IMG/VR virus record: IMGVR_UViG_2528311002_000006
Span: 25,162-89,161 of that record
Source: a virus
Lineage: Duplodnaviria; Caudoviricetes
DNA: 64,000 nucleotides
Strand: one strand, 5' to 3'
Each line of letters opens with the position of its first letter. Positions within the stretch are counted from its first letter, which is position 1. The notes under the pieces were generated by a model that had not been told where the DNA came from, made no database searches, and saw nothing but the letters and a program-made list of their open reading frames with translations. Shown in pieces: positions 1 through 9,000 of the stretch. The position numbers and the translations under genes were made by a program.

Positions 1-3000
1 TGGGCCGGGCTCATCTTGGATGCAGCCGAGGACACATTCAGGCGCTTACGCACATCGGGCAGGCTCTTCTTGTCGATCACGCGGCCCAGCAGGCGGCTGC
101 CGTCCACAGTCATAGTCCGCGCCACCTGAATGGAGCCATCCGTCTTCAAGCGATCCCAGATCGGCAGCATGGCGCCAACGATCATGTGCTTGCGCTCGGT
201 GTAGGTCTTGGGGCGGGCCTCGTTTTCTGCAGCCCAGAGCTTCATGGCCTCGGCCTTGGTCGAACCACGGAATGCCTTGGCAATCTCTGGGGCGGTCTTC
301 GACTGGACACTGCCCGTGCCGTAGAAGCGGAAGCGATCGACAACGGCACCTTCCTTGGTGGTTGACTTGCCTACCAGAGTCTTTGCATAGACCTTGCCCG
401 ACTTCACGTTCACCACGTACTCAGCCTTTTGCAGAGAATCCGGGAATGGGTAGATGGTGGTCGGCTGGGTCAGTTCCAGCTCAACCAGGCGGGTTTCGGC
501 GCCCGAACGCGGGTCGGTGTATGCCAGGTCATCCGCCACCACTCGTGACTCCAGCGCGCGAATCGTCTGCAGGCCAGCATCAAACTCGCCACGCTCCACC
601 GCCATCTCCACTTTCTCTTCCATGCGCAGCATGAAGGCATCGAACACTTTTTCCTGCATATCCAGCTTGAGGGACAGCATGCGGTTCAGGAAAGTGCGTG
701 TATCGGGCATCCGGTCTTCCGCGATGCGATTGGTTTCCTCGTCAATGATGCTTTCCAGCCCAGTCTGGCGCAGAAACTCCGCGAAGCTGATGCCGTCCAG
801 CTGCTGGTGCTGACCATCCTTGAAAAATTGCTGCACAGCCTGAGTCGCATAGATGGACTCCAGATTGTCCTTTTCGCTGAACATGCCCTGATTGGCAGTA
901 TCACGCTGGCCCTTGGTCAAAGCGCCAAGCTGATCCAGCCGGCGAGCGATGGCTGAAAGGAAGCGCTTCTGCGAAGGCACGTTGGTGGATGCCAGAAAGT
1001 AGTGAGGCGCGCTGGCCTGGTTGGTACGGTGAGTGCGGCCGAACCCCTGCACCGCTTTATCCGCACGCCAGCCGGGCTGGATCAGATAGTGGCTGCGCTT
1101 GCGCTTGTTCTTCTGCGTGTTGTCCGCGTGGAAGGAATAGCCGGTACCGCCCGCATCCGAGAACACCAGAATCGGCTTTTGGTCAGCCATGAAAGCATTG
1201 GCATCGGCGCGGGCCGATGCGGGGCCGCGAGACTCGAGTTGGGCTCGGAGCTCGCCATCCTTGTCCAGCTTGCGCACCACGCGCTGTGTGCGGCCGGTGA
1301 CCTCTGCCACCTTATCCACGCCGAAATGGTTCAGCACAATCTCCAGTGGGCCATCGGGGACGCGGATGTCCTTGAGATCCTTCAGGAGAGCTTCGCGCAT
1401 GGCCACGGCCTCCCGGTTGATGACCGGGTTGCCTTGCGAATCCTTGGCAGGCACGCGGATTTTCTTGCCCGAATCGTCTTCCTGCTCCTCGAACTGGGTA
1501 ACAGGGAACGACTTTTCAACCATCTGCATCAGCACATCGCGTGGCGTGAGATCCAGCTCTTCCAAGTCGGCGGACTCGTCTTCCTCCCGACGCTTGGCGA
1601 TTGAGCGGTTCTGCTGGGCCTCGTTGGTGTTGACCAGCTGCAGCACCAGGGCCTTGCCATCGGCAACGTCGCGCTCCATCTGCTCGAGCACCGAAGGCAT
1701 TTGCATGCTGGTGATGACCTGGCTGAAGAAGCGCTGCTGTGCTCCCCAGTATGCGGACATGGCTGCGCTCTTGGCCGAGGAAGAGCCCTTGCCGTTTTCG
1801 CCCACGGCACCCGTGGTCTTCAAAGCAGCGTCAATGTTCTGCAGCGTGACCTGCCACGCCTCAGCCAAACGGTTGTAAATGTCCTGCTGCAGCGGTGACA
1901 GCTGATGCTCAACGCGCGAATACGTCACGCCCTCAAAGGAGAGGCTACGTGCCATGTACGCCCCCATCTGTTTCAGATCGCGCGCCACCAGCTCCATAGC
2001 TGCCAGACCGCCAGCGGTCATTTCAGCAATGAAGTTCTGCACACTGGCAAAAGGTGTTGCCGGGCCCCACAGGCCCAGACGAGTGGCGAAAGACAGGTTG
2101 GAAACCTGGGTCGCACCAGTTGCGGACACGTAGACCACTCGGGCATTGGGCAGACGCTTTTGCAGCTCGACCACAGCCAAGGCCTGGGCGGAGGGCTGGG
2201 ACTGGCCTCGCGTGCCCTTCTGGGCTACAGCATTGCCGGCGTTATGCGCCTCATCGAAAGCAATCACGCCGTCGAAGTCCTTACCCAGCCAATTTACCAG
2301 CTGATCCAGGCGGGACTGCCCTTCCTTCTTGCTGCCCTTGGCCGGCTGCGCGGTGCGGCCCGACAGCCAATCACTCTGGCCACCGATGGACTCCACGCTG
2401 GTATAGCGGATGAATTTCAGCTCACCGCCCACCTTCACCCAGACCTTGCCGCCGTCATCCTTGGGGTCGATGTGATCCAGAGGGAATGTGCCGCGGCCAT
2501 TCGTAGTGACCACATCCAAGCCCTTGGGGAACTGCTTGGCGAACTGTGCCTTGGTGATGGGAGCGGCAACATTCTCCTGAGACTTCGCGCCGCTGCGCAA
2601 AGTGGCATAGCTCAGGAATGCGATACCCTGATCAGCGTTGATCTGCTCTTCTGCCTTGGTCTTGCTGACACTGAAGATCTGCTTGGGGTCGCCACCGATG
2701 CCCGAGAAATCGCGCTGTGCATCTGGCATCAGTCCGGGCTTTTCCGAAATCCAGACCGCCTTTTCACGGCCCTGGCGCATATTGTCCAGAATGATGCCCG
2801 AGATCTCGCGCCCCTTGCCCACTCCGGTGCCGTCACCGATGAAGAAGCCGCGACGATAGGCGACATCCTTCCCGTCAACGGTCACGGGCTCCAGCAGCTC
2901 CTGATGAGCCTGGCCGGCATAAACGACTGCCTCAATCTGGGCAATCGACAGCAGGCCTTTTTCAATGGTTTCCTTGGGCAGGTTCGGCGTGTATGTCGGT

Positions 3001-6000
3001 ACGGGCGGCAACACGGCGGCCATGGCCGAGGATTGCACCAGCGGGCCGGGGTGCGGCTTGGCACCGGGTACTTGCAGACGCTGGGGCTGGTAGGACTCAA
3101 AGATCGAGTCGCTCAGGCCAGCTGCGGGATCGCCGGTCTGCTCAGTCGCCTGAATGCTTACAGCTGATTGGGCGGCATCAGATCCGCTACCTCCTGCAGC
3201 AGCAGCATCGCGGCCTCCTCCAGCGTCGTCGTTTCCAGCAGTTCGACCTGTGCCAGATTCTGAGCCATTGTCTCTGGTTCCTCCAGATCCGCCAGCGCCG
3301 CTGCGCCCTCCACTTCCTGCGCCCAGCCCCTGTCCCCGGCCAGATTTTGCGCGGCCCACATCAGAACGCTGGTCACGGCCAGATTGTTCGGGCTGTGCGG
3401 AACCCCGGCCTGCTTGAGAAGACTCAGCAAGTGCATACTCTGCGGCGTCGAGTTCAAGTCCGTCACGATCGTTTGACGGGAAAACAGATTCTGGTCGGTC
3501 ATTGCGGATCTCGGCAAGGCTGCCAATGAGGTCACTGTAAGTCTTGGCAGGAGTTGTGACAATAGGTCGATGGGACGGCTTCACCTTGTCGATCACCAAA
3601 ATGGCGTTGTCGAAGGTCGTGCCGTACTTGGCGTAGCCGGAACCATCCATGGGGATCACGGCGCGCACGTCATACTTGGCGCGAATGCCCTTCCACCAGT
3701 CGGCGAAGGCCGGGCGGTCGAGATTCATGCCCTCACCCACGATGGCCACCAAACGGCCACCATCTGCCAGGCGCTTCAAGCCCTGCTCAACATGCTGGGC
3801 GCCGACATGCGTGTCACGCTTGCCTTGAATGCGACCAGCGGTCGCGCTGAAGGGTGGGTTCATCACCACCACGGAAGGGATCTCCGTCACGGGCAGGATG
3901 TTATCGATCTGCTCAGCGTTCTCCGTGAAAACCTTGGCTGCCGGGAACACCTCACGCAACACGGCTGCACGGCGGCTGCTGAGCTCATTCAGGATCAGCT
4001 TGGCACCCGCATTCTTGGCAAAGGCCGCCAGACCTCCGATGCCAGCGCTGGGCTCCAGCATCGTGTCGCTGCTGTCCATGTTTGCCGCCCAGTTGGCTGC
4101 ATAGGCCAGGGCTGGAACGGTACTGAACTGCTGGAACTCATCTTGTTCCGCAGTGCGCTTCGTCTGAGTCGGCAGCATCTGCGTGATGCGGTGCAGACGT
4201 TCCACGATGATGTGAGCTGCATCCTGGGTGGCGTTCGGGTTGAACTCTCCGGGCCGGGACAGAATGAATTGGTTGACCCCCGCCTCCATGGCGTCGTAGG
4301 CATCCTTGGGCGTGTACTTGCCCTCAGCCTGCGTGCCTCCGAAGGCGGAATCAGCTTGTTCAAACAATGCGCGCCAGTCGAAACTGCCGTCAGCCGCGCC
4401 GCGCTCCAGCTGGGACTTCACCCAGTCGGCCAGTACGCCAGAGGGGCTGCGAGCAGCGCCAGCAGCTGGCGCCTTGCCCAATTGCGCGGTCAGGCCCTCA
4501 TCCTTGGCGAACTGGATGGCGTAATCCTTGACCCCATCGCCAAAGTTCTGGATCAGCAGCTTGAACAGATCCTTGAGCGACTTGCCAGCTGCTTGGAAGG
4601 ATGCGAGCGCAGCCTTGAAATGCGGCTTGGCCGCCTTGTAGGTTTCCTCATCGAAGCCGGCCGGGAAGGAGTTCAGACGCCCGCCCTTGCCGCCGCCGAA
4701 CAGCTTGGCCAGGCCCGACAGCGCTTCATTGGCACCGGTCACGCCCAACTTAGCAGCCTCGGCGATCAACTTGGCCGCGGTCTTGTCTGCCTGTCCGGGC
4801 ACAGCTTGAGCAGCAACAGCAACAGTTTCGTCGAAAGCGGCTGCTTCGTGGGTGGCCGGCACATTCGGCTGTTCCTGGGTTTGCTCGCGCAACTCGGCTG
4901 CCGCCTGATCAAAGATTGCACTCAGATCGTCATCGGACAGGGGGCCACGGGATTCCGAAGGCGCAGGAGCATCCACTACCGCGGGCTTGCTCAGTGCCTC
5001 GAGCTCGGCCAGAGCCTGCTCGGCCATGGCATCTACCTTGGCTTTGTCCTCAGCCTGCTTCTCGAGCTCGAGACGGGCCTTTTCCTCCGCAGCCATGGCG
5101 CGCTCTTCCTGCACCTGCTCGAAGTAGGCCTGCATACCCTCCTTGGATAGGAGCTCCCTGCGGCGTACTTCTCCGGCGCCAATGTCGGCGGACAGGTTCT
5201 TTTCAAAGTCCGCTACGGTCACAGTGGGCTTGCCATCGGTGAACTTCACGGACTTGGCCAGAGCCGTCAGGTACTGCCCAAACACGACCCGCTCTGCACC
5301 GGTGGGATAAGGCGTGCCGCGATAGCCGCTGGCCTGTGTCACCTTGCCATCGCCCACCCAGTCACGGTTGACCAGATAAGAGTTGGTGCCGCCCAGGCTG
5401 TCCGCAGACCAGGCCTCAACGGCGCGTGCCAGCAGTTCGGCGTCGTTGCCCCAATAGTCCTTGCCCAGTTTGTCCGCATTTTCTTTGTAGGCCGTCAGTC
5501 CACGGCGGGCGCCGGAATTGGCGTAGTAGCGCAGGCCTTGGATGGCCGCATCCACCTTGTCTTGGTTCTTGTTGCCCTGCCAGTAGGAGCCGCCCACCAG
5601 GAAATTGCGGGCCACGCGCTCCCAGTCGGAAGCCTCATAGGCCTTGAATTTGAAGGCGTTAAGGATCATGGCCTTGACTCGATCCCATTCGCCGCCCAGG
5701 TTGTGGTCGAGTGCATGAGCCCACTCGTGATACACCGTGCCGTCGCCCTTGGTGTTGGTCAGGTTCATGACCTGCACGCGGCCATTGGGCCCGGGGTGGT
5801 TGGGACTGAAATGCGCAGCGAACTTGCCATGACCCAGCGCGCCCACAGTGAAGTGCAACACGCCGCCCAGACCGATGTTCTTTGGTGCAATGCCGAAGTG
5901 TTCAGCTAGATCCATGAAGGCGTCGAAGGCGTAGTTCAGGTGATCTTGGTCGTTCTTGGCTCCGACCCAGTTGCCAAAGCCCACATCCGCGAAGCCGAAC

Positions 6001-9000
6001 AGTGCCTTGAACTGCGCGGGCGTCACATCCTTGCCGCCGCGATGATCCTTGGGCATGGCGCGATCGACACGATCCAGCTTTGGCGGTGTCAGCGGCGTGG
6101 CGCGCGTGGGCAACTCATGCGTTGCCTCGTTCGCAATCAGGCCCGAGGCCCAGGGGCCGGCCGCACGGAACTTGGTGAAATCGTAGGAGTCGCCATTCCA
6201 CACTCCACGGTCAAACACTCCACCGCCGTGAACGCCGTACAGCACACCGTCCAGGCGATCCGCGTTGATACGCTCATAGCGGCTGTAGTAGCTGTCCCGG
6301 CTGCGGGCTTTCTCTTGGTGCTGCTCTGCGACCATGGTGTCCACAAAGCGCTCAGCAACCTCCTTCAACGAACTGGCGCCATCAAGGAAGGCCGTGAGCT
6401 GCTGCACCTTCTCTATATAGAGCTCGGCAGCATCGCGCAGCTGAGCCATGCGGAACACCGGGTCGGTCTGCCACTGCTGGCGCTGCTCGATCGACATGGC
6501 GCCGGGGTAGCGCTTGCCCTCCAGAACGAACTCCAGATTTTCTGCATCCCTGCCCTTGCGGCCCACGGACACAGAGCCATACCAGCTGGATCGGCCGTCG
6601 AACAGGAACTGCTTGAAAGTCTTGGTGACGCCGCGCAACTGGGTCACGTATGCCACCCAGCCAGGGGTAGAGCCTTCGGGTAGATAAGGCGAAAACAGCT
6701 CGGCGCGGTTAGTGGCCGCTTCGATTTGCTTCCATGCCTTTTGCATGTCGGACTCGCCGGCCTTCATCTGGGCCTTCATGGCCTCCCAGTGGCGACGCAG
6801 ATCCACACCCGTGTTTTCCAGCTTCTTGCGGCGCTTGCCTTCAAACCAGGCTGCGCCCTCCTCCGTACCGATCCATTCGCCCGCTGCCTCATAGCCCTTC
6901 ACCATGTCCACCAGGCCGGCCCCGGAGAGAGTGCTCTTGGTTTTGCCGGCCAAAGCATGGTCAAAGCCCAGCAGGAAATCGCCCTTGCTCTGGGGCGATA
7001 CGTCCTCGCCAAAGGCATTGCCCAAGGCCTCGGACTGGGCATCAGCCTTGACCTGGGGATCGCGCGCCGCTTCCTTGGCCAGCTGTGCCGCATTGGCCTG
7101 CAGCTGCTTATGGATGGCGCGAGCCAGACGGGAAATCTGAACCGGGTTGAGCGCAGTGCTGGCGTCGCGGGAGCCGAGTTGCAGCTTGAGCGCTGCGGTC
7201 ACCTGATCCAGGCTCTTCCCGACCAGGCCCCCGTTGGCCCCTGTCAACTGGCGGAAAAGGTCGCGCTCCACTTCGCGGGAAGCCTTGCGGGCTTCTTGTT
7301 CAGCGGCCTTCTTAACCGCAGCTTCACGCTCGCTGCGCTCGGCCTCTGTCCTTGTATTTGATACCTTGTCGATGGCAGACCGGGAATCCAGCTTGAAACC
7401 CGCACCACTGGGACTATGAAGGACTTTCAGAGTTGTTGGACTCTTGTAGTCAGATTCATAGCCAGCGCGTGTCATCACACGAACTTGCACCTGATCTTTG
7501 TCCAAGGCATCGTGAAACTCTGCGATCTGGGCATCGGATGGCTCCGAATACGAGAGTGTCGCAGCTCCGCGATCAAGCAACTTCAAGCGCCCGTTGGCAT
7601 CCAACATGTACCAATCGCCGCCAACCACCTCCATGACTGGATAGCGAACACCGCGCTCTGTGACAACGCCCTTTCCTGCCGCTTTGATAGCCTTCCACAA
7701 GGCATCAGAGCTTTCAGCAAGACGCGGCTTGGCATTCGCACTAGAGCCGTGATCCTCCGTTTTCTGGGTTCCGCCCTGAGTGTGTTCCGGTGCCTTGCCA
7801 GCGGCAGCAGCCCTGTTCTTGTGCGCCCGCTCTTTGGCCAAACGCAGTGCCTCGGCCACGCCGGCGCGATCGCGCGACAGACCGTTGACTGCAAATTTCC
7901 CGCCTTCCTTGAGCGAAATCGTGTCCCCCATGGGAACGATCTCGAAGCCGTCGGGCAGTTCCTTGCGGTGCTGCGCCAGCGCCTTGAGGAAATCCGCGTT
8001 CGACTGCGTAGCCGATTCGGGTGCCTCAACGCCGCGATCAGCAGTGACGCTCTGTCCAGTCTCAGCACCGTCAGCAACGGTCGAGCTCGGAAAGTCGTGC
8101 GCCAGCTTGACGAGCTCATCGATGGGAGCACTCAAGCGGATCGTCCGCACATCCTCACCGTTCTCCAATGCAGCGACCCACTGGTGATGGCCATCCAACA
8201 CATGACCGTCACTGGAAGCCAGAATGGCGCGATTGCCACCGGCATAGGCCTTGGCCTTCTCTACCTTTTCGCGGCTGAACTCGCGCTGAGTGGGCTTGAG
8301 GCTGGAAGCAGGCACTGTCGCCTCTTCATGCGCCACGCCGCGCGCGTTCATGAAATTGACCATGGCGCCGCGGTGCTCGGCCTTGATCTGGGGCATTTCC
8401 GCGCGAGGCACGGCCTTGGTACCCGACTCAGGGGCGAACTCGGCCCAGCCATCGCCCAGATCGCGCCCAGCAATCCCGGTACCGGGATTCTGGTTGGCGA
8501 CCGACTGGCCCGCGCCAGCCGTTGCCGCCTCTGCCTCAGCTGCAGCCACCGCCGCCTGCTTGGCTTTGATAAGAAACGCTTTTTCCTGCTGCACGACCTC
8601 ATAGCCGTCCTGCAGATCGTTGTCCGCCAGGAAAGCTTCTGCCTTGGGCTTGGAGAAGAAGTAAGCCCCCTTCTCGCTGTTGATGCGCTCGATGGCTTTC
8701 TGCTGGCGCTGGCTCGCAAGGTTCGACGCAGGAGTGGCGGCGGCCGGTGCCGGCGCCGCTGCAGGAGCTTGAGCAGTTGGGGCTGTGAAGCCGGCCATGC
8801 TTTCATGCTCGCGGTCTTTGAGGCCGAAGACCTTTTGACGATCGGTCAGCACGCCGCCGTCGCGCAGTGCCTGGGCCACCTGGCCACGAGTTGCGCCGGC
8901 AGGAACAGTGATGGGCTCGCCGCTGTCGTAATCCAGAGCCTCATAGTTGCCCAAATACACAACGCCGTCGCGCACAGACACGGCATCACCCGTCTTGGGG

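Noticed and set aside
7583-8806. Other +1-frame ORFs in the giant gene (7583-8131, 8348-8806)
   Set aside because: No clear SD/ATG pairing; composition typical of frame shadows
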